Positions 24,964 to 37,915 of a DNA stretch of 64,000 nt are shown one piece after another. Under the pieces are notes generated by a model that had not been told where the DNA came from, did not search any database, and worked only from the letters and a program-made list of their open reading frames with translations. How positions within the stretch are numbered: position 1 is the stretch's first letter; each line of letters starts with the position of its first letter. Origin of the DNA: Lama guanicoe (Eukaryota); assembly GCA_013239625.1 (NCBI GenBank), contig MU053431.1:372001-436000 (forward strand), in the 5' to 3' direction. Both the position numbers and the translations under genes were made by a program.

Positions 24964-26142
24964 ACCAGGACGGACGCGGGGTTACAGCGAGTTGACTTCT
25001 ATACAACATAAAACACCACTTGCTGGGTTAACTCCTGACAGATACAACCTGAAGAGGGACATTTAACATAGTGACCGTCTCCTGGTGAGTACTTGAGTGA
25101 TCACCTCACTGGCTAAAAATCATTACACATTTTCCTCTATGCATTAAGCTGCCCCAAATCCTCCTTTTGTGTCATAAAAGTAATTATCACTATTATGAAA
25201 AGTAAAGCAAATATTTATTGAGCAGCTGTTAACCTTCCGCAAAGTGGGGATGTCCGCCGCCCGAGGGGACTGGCGATGGGAGGCCCGGGACGTGCTGTGT
25301 GCAGGAAGCGTGCAGCCAGCGGACAGTGCGGGCGGACCCGGGTGCCTGTGTTACAGTCGAAACTGCTCATCTCAGGCCGGGAGCCGCCGGCGGTCACGGA
25401 GCCCGGGACTCGGGAGGCCATCCCGCCGGTTGGTTGAAAAGCTGGGGCTAGGCGTTCTTACCTCCTTACCTACGATCCGCAGAGAAGCACTGCGCCAAGT
25501 CGCCGTCCGCGTCGGCTCAGCCCTCTGAGGAATCCATTGCGGAGGTGGGGGCGGGCCCTGGGTGGTGCCCTTGAGTCGGCCTGTCCGTGGTGATGTGCCT
25601 CTAGGCTGTCTGCCCATCCGCAGGGTGCACAGACCAGGCTCCCCAAGGCAAGCTCGTTTTCCACGGCCGAAAGACCCCAAAAGCTGTGGAGAAGGGCAGA
25701 GGTCCTGCCATTTTGAGAAATTCAGTCCTAGTTCTTGGACCTTCTTTGGAAGATCTTGAAGACTCTGTGCTTTCCCTTGGCCCAGACTTTCCCGCAGGCA
25801 ACAGGAGCCAGGGCGCAGAGCAGCACCGTGGAGGTTGGGCTGCAGCCCGTGGTCACCCCACGGCCATCCACAGGGTCCCCATTCATCTGGCCATAAGTGG
25901 GCCATGGTCTCTGAATCCTGCCCCTTTGAGCAGTCAGATCCCACGGCAAGTGCTCCCTGTCTCTTCCTGATGTCCCGCAAGGGCAGGGAGACTCAGGAAG
26001 GAGAGGATGCTGGGAGAAAAGGAGCATGGAGTTGGCGACATCACACCATCTCTCGGTGTGGACGGCAGCCCCATGAGGTTGGGGTGGTTTTCCCCCAGCA
26101 GGAAGAGAAGCTGAGGTGCGGAGGTTCAGTAGGTGTCCACAG

Positions 26143-26510
26143 TTCTTCAACTCATCAGTGACAGAAGCAGGATTTGTTCCAGACCGTCTGACAGCAGAGC
26201 CTGAACGGTCAGCAGTCAGTGCTGCTTGGGAGAAAGAGCCTGCGTTAAGGCAGGCAGGTCAGCCGCTTGCTGGACTGTGTGACGTCAGAAGGGCAGCCTG
26301 TGTCTCTGAGCCTCTGCTTTCAAACCTGCAGTTTGAAGATAATACGTGCGGAGCCGGGTGCACAGGAGGGGCAGCCCATCACCACGACTTCTGGTCCAGG
26401 CGACACTGGCCATACAGAGCCTCTGTGCGCAGAGGACAAAACCCCAATGCAGTGGCCGAACCCCGGTGTGTGCGGAGACTGGCAGAGCCCGCACGGTTTG
26501 GCGGTGCAGG
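26143..26510 (+). pseudogene. Relic spectrin exon
   Basis: EKEPALRQAGQPLAGLCD..AACV..LSNL fits a helix B-C pattern. Confidence 0.5.
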
Positions 26511-28179
26511 CTGGGTTACCTGCTCAGACTCTCCCCCTGTGAAAGTCGCCCCACGCCCGAGCTTGTACAAACGTGCCCCAAATTGCCTGCCCTAATGCGT
26601 TTACGCAGTTTACCTGTGGACGGTGTTAAACAACACAGCCTCTATTTCACACCTGAAGTGCAATTCTTCAGCCTTTAGCTTGACCACAGTTGTGAAAATC
26701 GGGGCATTATCTGGCCGCCGATAGAATGAGGCAAAACATCCCTTCTCCACGCCTGGTGAATTCCTGTCTGAAGCAGCAGGGTGGACCGAGGCAGCCTGAT
26801 TTCTTTAATCATCCCAATTAACTAGCATATAGGGTTTTATCTAAATACACCAGAAGAAACCGCGGTCATGACAGGCACGGGAGGCAGCTGAGAGCGCCAA
26901 GGTCCCGGAGGGCGGACAGCGCCGCTGCGGGCACTGCTGTCACCTCTCTTCTTAAAGCAGACTCCGGCCTCGTGAAGGAAGGAGTGCGCGTGGACCGGTC
27001 ACGGCCGCCGGCTCTGCGCGCCCTTCTCTTACTGTCAGTTTTTCGCCCTGGGATCTACGACACCCCCTCCCACAGGTCAGATGAGGACTTCAGGGTCAGT
27101 GCAAGGTGTCACGATGGTTTCACCCCCTCCCTGAAGCATGAGGTCCCCGAGAGAATAGTCCAAATGACAGCCAAAGGGGCGTTTGGCACCTCGATGGCCG
27201 AGAAAGGACGCACCGACCCTCCAACAACTCAGCCCGCGAGTGACAAACTCAAAGCCACTTCCACCTGTGCCAGGCATAGCCTCGGCTTGGGGACTTGTGT
27301 GGCTTTCTGGTCACACCCATTTTCCAACCCCAAGTCTCCCAACCTCCACATTTCTGCACTAACTCGAAAAACATAGTGATTTCCTTGAAGCAAAGAGAAG
27401 GAAAGAAGGAAGCCGAAGAGTGGACTCAGGTCATTTACTTGTGGGTTGGAGGCTGACCCCCAGGGTGGTGGCCAGGCCAGGAGGACCCTGTGGTCGGGTC
27501 TCACCAGGGCTTGGCCTCAGGGGTCCGTGGTCCTGCTGGGTGAGCAGTGAACTAGGCGGCTGTGAGATGAGGGACAGGGGCTCCTTCCAGGGCCATCCCT
27601 GGGCTCCCCACACAGCCTGGTGCTGCTCAGCGAGACACCCCGTGAGAACGCCTCTCCGGAAGCCGGGAGCTGTGTGGAGACGCAAGCAGCTTGTAGACCT
27701 GGAACCTGGCCATCCAGGTCTGACAGCCACTCTTAAGTCTGGGGGCCCCAGCCCTGGCTCAGGCAGCAAGGAGCCCGAGACCACCCCGCGACTGTTCTGA
27801 GCGTGGGGTGAGGCGACGTCTGTCTAGGGCTTGGCATGTGGTGAGCCTTCGTCGACTCTGGCTCGTGTCGCTATAACCCAGACTGCAATCATGGCTTTCC
27901 CTGGGAAAGCGATCGTCAAAGAGAGAGTCAGATGCTAAGACTACAGGTGAAAATGAAGCCAAAATTAAATAGTCTAAAAATGTGATGTCTGGGGGAGTTG
28001 GGGGCCTCACAGAGGCCTTAGAGCAATCAAGGCCTGTTCCATTGTCCTTCCTGTTAGTTTAATGAATGGGACAAGGAATGAATAAAAAGGCATTCTGAGC
28101 TGGAAAGGGAAGTGCCACATTATTTCCACATTGATAAGTGTTGGGGGCGTATGAACCCTTCGGTCCCGGTGCGAAGGCC

Positions 28180-28395
28180 ACTGCGTGGTTGGAGTGTCCT
28201 GTGTCAGAGGGTCGGAGGGGTGTGGGTTCCAGCCTCAGCAGCCTTTTGGGGGCCTTGAGCAGGGCACTTAATCTCTCTAAACCTTGGTGTCCCCATCCAT
28301 GAAATGGGGACAGAAATCTACCCTTCAGTGCCATTGTGAGAGCTGCACGGGTGAATGGCTCCAAAACGTCCCCACACTGGCCTGCTAAACACGTG
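28180..28395 (+). mobile_element. MIR
   Basis: cacttaatctctctaaaccttggtgtccccatccatgaaatgggg. Confidence 0.7.
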
Positions 28396-29448
28396 TTTTC
28401 CCCTTTGTTACAGGAGACATCGTTTGCTGTCTTGAGGGGAGAAGGGAGACAGAAACACCAGACGAAGAAACCCTGATCTTTTAACACGGTGACTGGTGCC
28501 CCTGGCTTCCCCGATGCCCATATCTGGGTAAGACTTTAAAAGTCCATTCTCATTGTTACTTGGTCCTCTTTCTTTCTTTTCCTGTTTACCATTTAAAATA
28601 TTAATTCTAGCTTTTACTTCTGAGAGGAAAGAATGTGCCCTCGCAATTTCAGTGATTTAGGCGGTAACCCCCTTCTTCAACTTTGCCTGCCTTCTGATTG
28701 CACCGTGCGCCTTCCTGGCTTTGATTTGACTGATGGAGCCATTCAGAGGGTTTGATTACAGCAGGGCCAGGTTGGTGAGTGATTCTTTTTTGGTCTGATT
28801 TCAATTGCTTTTCAGTAGCAGCAGGTGAATTGGGGAAACCGAGAAGGAAAAACAAATACGGGTAAATAAAGACAGGATAACAGTACCCAGGAGAGAACAC
28901 AGGTTGTTCACACTGTGCCTTTTTTATGTTGGTTTGCCATTAGAAAAGAAAAAAGCTGCACTTAAAAAAATGAATTTGAAGAAACACCTATGGCTGGACA
29001 GGATGTATATGAAACATCATGAACCAAAAATCACCCCTGAAGTCATGTGCGTTTCCAGAGTGCACGGTGCTCTCATGGCTGTGGCCTTGCTTTCCCTCCA
29101 CATGGTTCTGTCTGGTCAGTGCCATTAACTCCTTCATAGATGACAAATCTGAAGCTCAAAGAGACAAAATAATTCTCCCCACAGCCAGGTAGCCATGCTG
29201 GCTGGAACCTAGACATTTTCACCTAATCCAGTGTTCTTTTCACGACCCATAGCTGCTCTGCAAATGCCAGACCAATCGTTCTCACTGTGCACAATGTTAA
29301 GACATGCCTTAGGCTGGGGATCTGTCTTGCAGCAACATGTATGAATGAAAAGTCATATACCTTCCCTTGGGGAAGGAAGAACATGGTTTCTCTAGAATTA
29401 TATTTTTTGCGTCTCTGAAAACCTAATCAGATCAGCTGTTCCTTGTCC

Positions 29449-29666
29449 CAGAGTCCTCAGCCTCAGTGGTGTTTATAATTGTCTAACCTGGGGGCGGGAT
29501 GACTGCTGTTCGGAGCTGGTCTTTGCGTTGTAGAATGCTTAGCAGCTGCCTGGTCTCTCTACACGAGATGACAGGAGTTCCCCCCACCCTGCTGTGGCAA
29601 TCGGAAATGTCTCTGGACATCACCGGGTGTCCCCCTGTGGCAGAGCTGCCCAGGTGGAAGCCATGG
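29449..29666 (-). mobile_element. MER20
   Basis: ttgtagaatgcttagcagc..aaatgtctctggacatcac. Confidence 0.75.
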
Positions 29667-30258
29667 CCTTATGTCTGTTCAGAATACAGCTGGCACTTAC
29701 ACACTGTTACGTTTACTATTTAATTATGTGAGTTTTTTAATTTTATGGAGAATTTCTTAATTGTATGGAGAACTTCCTTGCACTCTCCCAAGTCTTCACT
29801 CCAAAATCAAGGGAAAAGGAAGACGCAAAACTCTTGCAAAATTGGCACACCAAAAGCAAATAACCATTGCACCATATGGGTTTATGTCTGGGTACAGAAT
29901 CCTTACAAACATATTTCAGACTCAAATGTCCAAAAATATCTGCCTAATGACACGTAGTTTCAGAGTAAACACTTCATTTTTCTTCTAAATGAGCATTCAG
30001 TTTATAGAAATGGAAAACTAATGTAGTTTTTTGCTGCCAGAAACCATCTCCATGATATTCAGAGACCTTTGTTGATTACTTTTTAGCAACATGATGTTTA
30101 CATTATTTAAACCAAAAATACCAAAATGATGGGTGTAAGGATCATCTGGATTTGTCTCCTTGCCTGGCTTTAGAGCCCCCTTTCGGATCTAATCCTAAAA
30201 TGACAGAGAGGCCCCTGATGACATGGGGAGTTGAAGGTAGTCCTCTTGTGCCTCTCAG

Positions 30259-30920
30259 CAAATTCCTACCGGAAGGAGCAGGGACACCTGCCGCAGGAAA
30301 GCCTCCAGCAGTGCTAGGGAGGCGGTCTCCGCCCGCCACACGGCCGAGAACTCCCTGCAGGACGTGGTGCACGCGGGACAACCTTGCAGAAGACCGAGGG
30401 CTGGACCACAGCCCAGTATCTCCAGACGGTGGTACAGAGCCTCGAGGAGTGGAAAGGGGTGCTCCCGACGAACTTCCGTGAGATCCAGCAGCTTGCTGTC
30501 AGTGCCCACGCTGAAGCACAGTACTGCCCGGGAAACACGGCCCCTCGGACGGGAGGATCAGGGGGTGCTGCAGACATTTGGGATCAGCTGCCTGGGTGGA
30601 GGAGGAAGAGCAGCGTGTCGCCTGGCTCCAGAGTGCTGCTGCAAGGAGGAGGCAGGACGCGTGCTCGGGGACCAGCAGTGAGGACCTTCCAGACCGAAAA
30701 CGGGCAAGACAAGCCGTGTCTGCAGGAACACCACAGGGAAAGCCAGAGCCTTGGCGCCCAGACGCTGTTCTTGGTGAGCCGCCTCTCAGCCCTCTGGGCT
30801 CTCTGGCACGAGGTCAGGGAGGAGGAGCAGATGGAGGGAGAGGCGTGGAGAGACTCAGCTGCCAGCACCCTCCCGGGGAGAGCACTCCTCACTCAGCGAT
30901 GCCTTACCACAGACAACGCG
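30259..30920 (+). pseudogene. Large relic exon with about two spectrin repeats (UTRN R11-R12-like)
   Basis: Strong acceptor tcctcttgtgcctctcag. SLQDVVHAG/LQKTEG..AQYLQTVVQSLEEWKGVL; LQTF/AWVEEEEQRV; KPCLQEHHRESQSL..LVSRLSALWALWHEVR vs KADLNTITESSAAL..LEERLCVLNAGWSRVR. Several frameshifts. Confidence 0.75.
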
Positions 30921-31199
30921 TGACCTGCGTCTGCGCCTCTAACGCCGTTCTCTCGACTAACGTGGAAATTCCAGTTCATGCAACAGTTGATTGATCGATT
31001 GATGGATGGATTGCTTGCCTATTCTGAAAAGCCAAGAAAGGCAGCAAAAAACATAGAGAAATAAGATCAATAAAATGGGGCTATTTGCAAATAATATTCA
31101 CAGCACAGCAGTCATGTGGCCTCACACACCAGGCACTGTGCTGACCATCCTGCCGATCTCTTTTAGCTGAACTCTTCTTCCTGCTGGCCGTGAAGACTC

Positions 31200-33560
31200 A
31201 CACAAACTTATCTAAACTCTCTGGGTTTGCCCTGTTGCTGTTTTGGTGTCTGTGAGGCCTTGCTTTGTGTGTTAGCATACACACGGGGTACCTGGACGGG
31301 GTACATTCACTTGTTGGCTTCACCGACCCCTAGTTTGCACTGTGAGTGACAGGTGTCCGTGTCCTTCCTGTGTCCTGCAACTCCTTCCCCCCGTCATTTA
31401 TTGAAACCTGTGTTGCTTTCCTGTTACCACTGCTGATTTGGCCTCTTCTTGGTTTTCTGTCAGTTTGTTTTTTTTTTTAATTCATCCTGAACCTACGCTT
31501 GTCTGGTGCACACAAGTTCAGGATTTGGGGGGGGGGCATTTCTGGTGAGTTATCTCATTTCTCAGGATGTAATAAGCTCTCCCTCCCTCAGGATCCCTGT
31601 TACCCCGAAGCCCACTGTGTCCGTCACGCAGCTACCTTAGCTTCTGGTTTTGGTTAGCATTTCTAGGGTGCAGGTTTTTTTTAAACCTTTTGCTTTCAAT
31701 CTTTTGGGACCTTACATTTTAAATTTATCTTCTGTACATAGCATATGGATGGATTATTTTAAGAATCCAATCTGAAAATTTCTCCCTTCTGACTGAGTGG
31801 TATAATCTGTTTTCGTTTATTGTGGTTTTAAAACCATTGGGGTGTGTTTGGATGATCAGGCCCTACTGATTCTGCCCCTTCTTGTGCTGTATGTGATGGA
31901 ACAGTCTTCATTTTTATTTATTTTTTAACCTTTTATCAGATTTGGAAGTTTTGCCTTCTATTTCTATTCCTTTATTGGTAACCCTTAAAATGTTAACATT
32001 AGCCATTTAACTTTCAAAGTCTAAAGTTAATGTGTATGTCATCCTTTCAAAGACTGTGTAGCCCTCGGGACTCCTTAGCGCTGATCATCCCCTCGTCCTT
32101 GTTACTGGCCTTTCATTTCCACCTTCTTTATAAACCACCCGAATGGGACAATTTCCCAGAATGCACTACAGGGATTTATAGAGACGAAAAATAAGCAGCA
32201 GACGTTACGAGCCCAGGAGGGTAAAATGAGTAGGTTCAAAAATGTATCTAGGAGGATTTTCAGCTATGACAATAAAGAAGAGGCAGGAGAAGCAACGCTC
32301 AGAGAGTATTAATACAGAAATTCCAGAGTGAAAGCACAACGCTACACGCTGACGAGGCACAGGCAGCCCTGAGCAGCGTGAACACCGCAGGCCCCGACTC
32401 ATCCTCCTGCGCTGCGACAGCAGGGCACCGGGGGACCGAGGGAGTCTCCAAAGCAACTCTCGGGCAGAGAGATTTAAAAAGAAATCACAATTAGTTGTTA
32501 GATTTTTTTCTTTTTTTGGTCAAACACAAAAGAAACTGGAAGAAAAAAACACTGAAAGCTTCCGATTGCGAAATGATGTTTCCAGCAGTCTGTACCCAGA
32601 TACACTCTTACTCGAAAGGAAGAGCAATAAAGAACTTTCCAGAGGGAAGAAAACCATGAGTTTTACGTTTGCAGATTCTTGCTGAAAGAGTGATTGAGGG
32701 TTTGATCCTTCTGCATAATCTCCGTGTTGCTATGGTTACAAATTACCCCTGACACCTCAGTGGATTAAAAAACGTCTCTCTCCCTTGCCCTGATCGCGCT
32801 GGCAGCGTAAACCAGCAGTGTGCGTCTTTCTGCTCACGTGGAGTGACTGCAGGCGGGGCTGCCGTCTCACTTCCCACAACTGGAGGGGAGATTCTAACGA
32901 GTAACTTCGAGATACAGACCCTCGGCGTTCTTACACGTGCACAAGGAGACAGTGTACGTGCAGGCTGAGCACTGCATTTTTCATAGTATAAAATACTGAG
33001 GGCACTTTTTAAAAGACCAGTAAGGGAGTGGATACAAATCACAGTCTGCAGCGGAACACGACAGAGCAATGATCGGCAAGCTCTCTGCGAAGTTACTCCC
33101 TGCAAAGCCGGGAATACCTCCTCTCTGTTCCTCTGAGGGAAAGTGAGGCCGCCCCTGCTTTGGAGCGCTTAAAATCACTGGTGCGCATGCACTAAGCAAT
33201 GTCAACATTACAACGTGGCATGGGAGAAAAAGTGAGGTTTTAAAGAATGGATACAGTCTGATACACTTTATTTTAGTTAAGTATCACACATACAAACTAA
33301 TAATAATACTGCATGTCATGGATACGTTCACACAGAAAAACAAGAAGAATCATAAGGAGGAAGGTGTCTGTACCTGTCAGAGCGCTGCTCACTCCTCGAG
33401 GACGGGGCCGGGGTGGGGGGGGACGTGCCAGGGACTGCGGGAGTGGCAGTAACATTTACCAGCGTTGCTTGTCCTCCTAGATCTGAATGTGAACATAGGT
33501 TAAAACTCTAGGTCGTTGTACATTTTGGTTACTCCACAAATTAAAATGTAAAAGTTTCAA
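31200..33560. mobile_element. Cluster of old L1M/L1ME fragments on both strands, with a small MLT1 piece near 32715-32880
   Basis: Minus-strand ORF2 5' motifs (atccaatctgaaaat), then plus-strand ORF1 and 3' end motifs. Confidence 0.6.
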
Positions 33561-33567
33561 AATAGAG

Positions 33568-33912
33568 AAAGGCAAATACCATATGATATCACTTATATGT
33601 GGAATCTAAAAAAAAAAAATGACACAAATGAACTTATTTGCAAAACAGTAAAAACAGACATAGAAATCAAACTTATGGTTACCAGGGGGATGGGGAGGGA
33701 TAAATTGGGAGTTCAGGATTTGCAGATACTGACTATATAAAATAGATAAACCACAAAGGCTTACTGTACAGCACAGGGAGCTACATTCGGTATCTTGTAG
33801 TGACCTATAGTGAAGAAGAGTATGAAAATATTTGTAACTGAATCACTATGCTGTACACCAGAAATTAACACAACACTGTAAACTGACTATACTTCAGTAA
33901 AAAAAATTTTAA
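33568..33912 (+). mobile_element. Camelid-type L1 3' end with TSD aaaatagag
   Basis: caaataccatatgatatcacttatatgtggaatct..gggataaattgggagttc..aactgactatacttca. TSD at 33559-33567 and 33913-33921. Confidence 0.9.
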
Positions 33913-34617
33913 AAAATAGAGTGCACACCTGAAAAAAAAAAGAAAAAAAATACAAAATAAAACAGTAATTAAAGAGGAAATGCCCCAGAGGAAAAGCAGG
34001 CAAAGGATGTCAGTGAAAGTCACACAAATGTGGGAGAAGATGTTGCCTTGAATAGTGGTCAGTGACAAATTAATATTTAGGACGAGTGTCACTTTCCTGC
34101 GTGCATCACTGTCCCGACGGTACCTCCAAGTGTCGAGGCTGTGGGAACACGGCGGCCACGATACTCCTTGTGTGTCATGACATTTCTCTTTGGTGTCCCC
34201 ATCCCCCGCTGCCACATACATCAGACTGTAAACTCTTTGTGGGCAAGATCCCCATCTTTTTCTGTCTTTGGATCTTTGTGTACACCTGTCACCGTATCTA
34301 TGCAAATTGGTTGTTTATCAAACCTGTGTTGAGATAGACAAGATTCTGTGTTCTCTGTGTTGGGCTTAAAATACTGATTTTGAAAATTGTCAGCCATGCA
34401 GAAAGACAAAATACGCCAACCATCTGGTGCTTTTCATCCCCAAAGCTTAGCACTCTGGTGAACTCTCCAAGCAGACAGACTTGAGTAGAACAGAAACAAG
34501 ACCTTCACTTCCCAATGTGGGGGCACGTGTTAGGAGACATTTTAATGGCAAACAGGTCAATCAGGGTGTAATTGCCTCTGACAGACACTCGAGAAATCAG
34601 AAACATTCTTCACCTAG

Positions 34618-34878
34618 AGCCGAGTGCCACTCGAAAAGATGACAGTCTTTCCTGCCTTTGAAAACATCAAAGACAATCGAAGCATCGCCTTCCAACTGGA
34701 TCATCAACATCGAACGCCCAGTGGACGAGGCGGGAATGGAACCCGCAGCCTCGCCAGGAGGAAGGCTCCGTGACAGGCCGCGCTGCACCCCAGCAGGACC
34801 GCTGCCTGGGTGCCGGTCTGGTCCAGCCTCAAGGGGCGGTGACCAGTCCTGGGCTCAGACAGGCCAGCGCTAGATGCG
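34618..34878 (+). pseudogene. Relic spectrin exon (UTRN R13-like)
   Basis: Acceptor ttcttcacctag. SNWIINIERPVDEAGMEP vs STWLYQAEALLDEIEKKP. Confidence 0.65.
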
Positions 34879-35381
34879 GGTGGCTCGGCTGCCAGGGCTT
34901 GAGGGGCATCAAAGGAATGTTTCCACCTGCTTGTGCTTCCACTGAGACCCCGCTTTGGGTTGACTTTAACTTTCCAGTGAACTGCAGGCGGCGGCCGGGA
35001 GAGGCAGCGCTTTACTTCAGAGCAGACGCTAACGCCTGATTTGAATTAACGTCAGCAGCGCTTGGCTCAGAGCAGGGCTGAGAAGCAGTGGGACCACCAA
35101 GAACTCGACGTCTCCGGTTAAACTCGTCTTTACCACTGAGGGCGAGTTCTGGAGGCTCTCCTTTAGAAGACTGCACAGGCCGTTCCTGAAAACCGAGCTG
35201 TTCTACTCAGTCGTCGGTTTGGCTTCTCAACTGTCGTCTGGCAGGAAGATTTGCCGTTTCCTTTCAGCGACCCCTCGGGGTGTTTGTAGGTGCCTTTTAC
35301 TGAGATAGTTGTGGCTCCACCGTAATTGCAAGAGATAATAATGCAGAGAGTGCCTGCATGCTCTTTGTCTAGTTTCCCTGA

Positions 35382-35910
35382 TGCCGATGGAGGGGAGACC
35401 TCTCCTCTACCCAGCTTGGGTTCGTGGGCTGGGGCCCTGCAAATTAGACCAACAAGAGACAGATTAGCAAGAGAGAAACAAACTAGCACCTCAGCCTGTG
35501 CGCGGCGTGCACACACGGGAGTACTGGGTGGTGCGTGACCGAATAGGGCGTTTAGAACGCGGGCTTCTGTAGCACCTTAACAAACGAACAGTAGCTTTGC
35601 CAGGAAGTGTCAAGACAAAGGGGAAAGGACTTGAGTTTCTAGCAGCAGAATATTGTGGGAAGGTGAATGCATAAGGGAACCGATGGAAGGGAAGGTCTGT
35701 ACAGTGGCTTTGTTACGTGGACTCCTCTGCCGCCGTCTCAGGGCTCCTAAGGGCCTAGAGTCGTCCCTGGGAATTACCTTCTGTCCTTCCTGGTTGGCGG
35801 GGGCTGGGGGGCACCTTTACAAATTTATTTCCTGCTTTTAGGCAAATAGAAAGAGGACAGAGAATTTTTATTGTATCTGCTGCTTCTCAGTTGCCTTCAG
35901 TTCAAAATCA
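35382..35910 (-). mobile_element. ERV1-type solo LTR
   Basis: aagagacagattagcaagagagaaac..cctgcttttaggcaaatag..ttgccttcagttcaaaat. Subfamily not assigned. Confidence 0.7.
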
Positions 35911-35954
35911 AAAAATGCTGCACGCACCAATGTGCCGCACCACGGGGGGACCGC

Positions 35955-36170
35955 GTCTGCTTAACCATTCATCCGCTGAAGGGCGTCACAAATAACGCTG
36001 CTATGAACCTTCACGCACAGGGTTTCATGTGAATTTTCTTTTTTTTCTGGGGAAAATGTCCAAGAGCTCAGTTGCCGGGGTGGATGGTAGGTGCGTGGTC
36101 AGTTTCGTAAGAAATTACCAGCTGCCTTCCGGAGAGGCTGCACCTTCTACATCCCCACAGACAATATTTG
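35955..36170 (-). mobile_element. L1M ORF2 3' fragment
   Basis: aataacgctgctatgaac..gagaggctgcaccttctacatcccca. Confidence 0.75.
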
Positions 36171-36866
36171 CGTGTCAGTTTATTTGAAAGGGTTGCAAAG
36201 CATCACGCCCATCACCCCGGGGATCCGTCTCCCGTGCCAGCTCCAGGTACGGAAAACCAAGGAGGAAGTATATAGTCTGCTGTCCTGACTCTGGAAATGC
36301 AGAGGGCAAGTTGGGCGCTTATTTTGCGTTTAGGCCTAGGAGAAGACCAAGTTAAAACTGTTTTTATGGAAACCTAAAGCTCAGTGGAAAAACACACTGG
36401 CTGTGTTTCTCAGGCAACAATTCTTCTAATACATGGTCGTATCATCAGTACCACGGCGCCGACACGCTCTCCGGGGAGAAGAGTAAATCTGGATCCGGGG
36501 GGAGAGGACCTCAGCCAGCCAGAGGCTGAGTGCTGAGGTGTAGGAACCTGTCACAGCCTGAAAAGTTCCACGGCCTGGGGGCCTGGGGCAAGGGTCACAG
36601 GGGGCTCCGCCTGTGGGCCGGGGAGGGCGGGCTGTGGGCCGAGGGTAGAGGTCGGCAGGGTGTGGAGGAGTGTGTGAGGACCCGCCAAGGCTGAAAACTG
36701 GCGCCTCCCTGTCCCTCAAGACAAACACTAAACCAGAAAGCTTTTTCAGAAATTAGTTCTTCAAAAACTGTTTGAAATAAGGAGATTTTTTTTGAAAGAG
36801 AAAATGGGGACCTAACTAGCAAGCATCAAGGGGGAAAGGACTTAATAACATTTCCTGTATCTTTAG

Positions 36867-37069
36867 GGTCTTTGGGGTCTGTTGCCGGGAAACATTCCAG
36901 AAACCCAACATACAAAGAGGTCAGGTGCAGCGATGGAGCCGGGAAACTTCCTGCAGAGGTGTCAGTCCAGTCAAATCTTAACACAGAATGCAGTCCACTT
37001 TTTTACAAAAACACAACTACAAAATACTGCCTCTATTCAATCTATTTCCCATGGAAGCAGCCCCTCCAG
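36867..37069 (+). pseudogene. Possible relic exon
   Basis: Good acceptor tttcctgtatctttag and donor-like cag|gcgagt. No clear protein motif. Confidence 0.3.
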
Positions 37070-37617
37070 GCGAGTGTCGTGTTTACCAGGGACTGCCATT
37101 TCAGATGCTGCTGGGGGAGTCATGGGGGCATCCTCTGGAGATCCCTGGGGCACATGTCCCCAGAACCAGTAGGACAGCTGGAACCTTGTGGCCTTTTTAC
37201 AGGAAGGGATGGGGACACAGAGGCCATTAAGTCCTTGGAAATCATGCCAAAAATCACAAGAATCTGTTAAAGCTGATTAAAATCTTCCCTCCGTAGGTGG
37301 AGAGGGGGAAGCCACGAGCTCCTGTTTTGGAATGAGCAGACCTGGAGTGAAGTCCCGTCTCTACTGCGGACCGCTCGAGGCCTTGGGCGGTCTGCGGCGA
37401 GGCCCGGGGTGCTGACGTGCTTCAGTGTGCGGACTGGAAGGGGGCCGCACCCCTGCTCACCGGCCGGCCTGCGGGCCCGGGGGCATCACCTGTGTGAGCC
37501 GTGGGACTGAGGTAGGTCCTCTGTACTTGCTGTTGCTGCGTGGCTGGTGAGGATGTGCTGGCCGTTCCTGTTGCCGAGACCTGGACGTCGGCACCGGCTG
37601 ACAAGTCACATCTTCAG

Positions 37618-37915
37618 GATTCATTTATTGACTCAACAGGCATTTGTTGAGAGGCTGCTGAGCGCCAGAGGGGTCTTGGAGCTGAAGACAGAGTGCCGAG
37701 GTGCGGGAGGCCTGGTGTTCGCGGGCTTACATTCTGGGGGAGAGGGAGGAATTGTAAACGTGACCCACGCAGGCCAGGTGCGGCAGGTAAAGTGGAGCCA
37801 GGGGACGGAACGTGCAGGCGTGGGTGGAGGAGGATGCCCTGTTCATAGGTTTGTCAGGAAACGCCTCTGTGAGGAGGTGGTGTTGAAGCAGAGACCTGGA
37901 ACCAGCGGGGCTTCC
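37618..37915 (-). mobile_element. L2
   Basis: caacaggcatttgttgag..cctctgtgaggaggtggtgttgaagcagagacctg. Confidence 0.75.

Noticed and set aside
30152..30923. PNMA/Ty3-gypsy Gag-like reading (LEEW.GV, QTFG, VLLQ, VREEE)
   Set aside because: The spectrin-repeat alignment fits better, has a splice acceptor and is colinear with more than 20 other segments.
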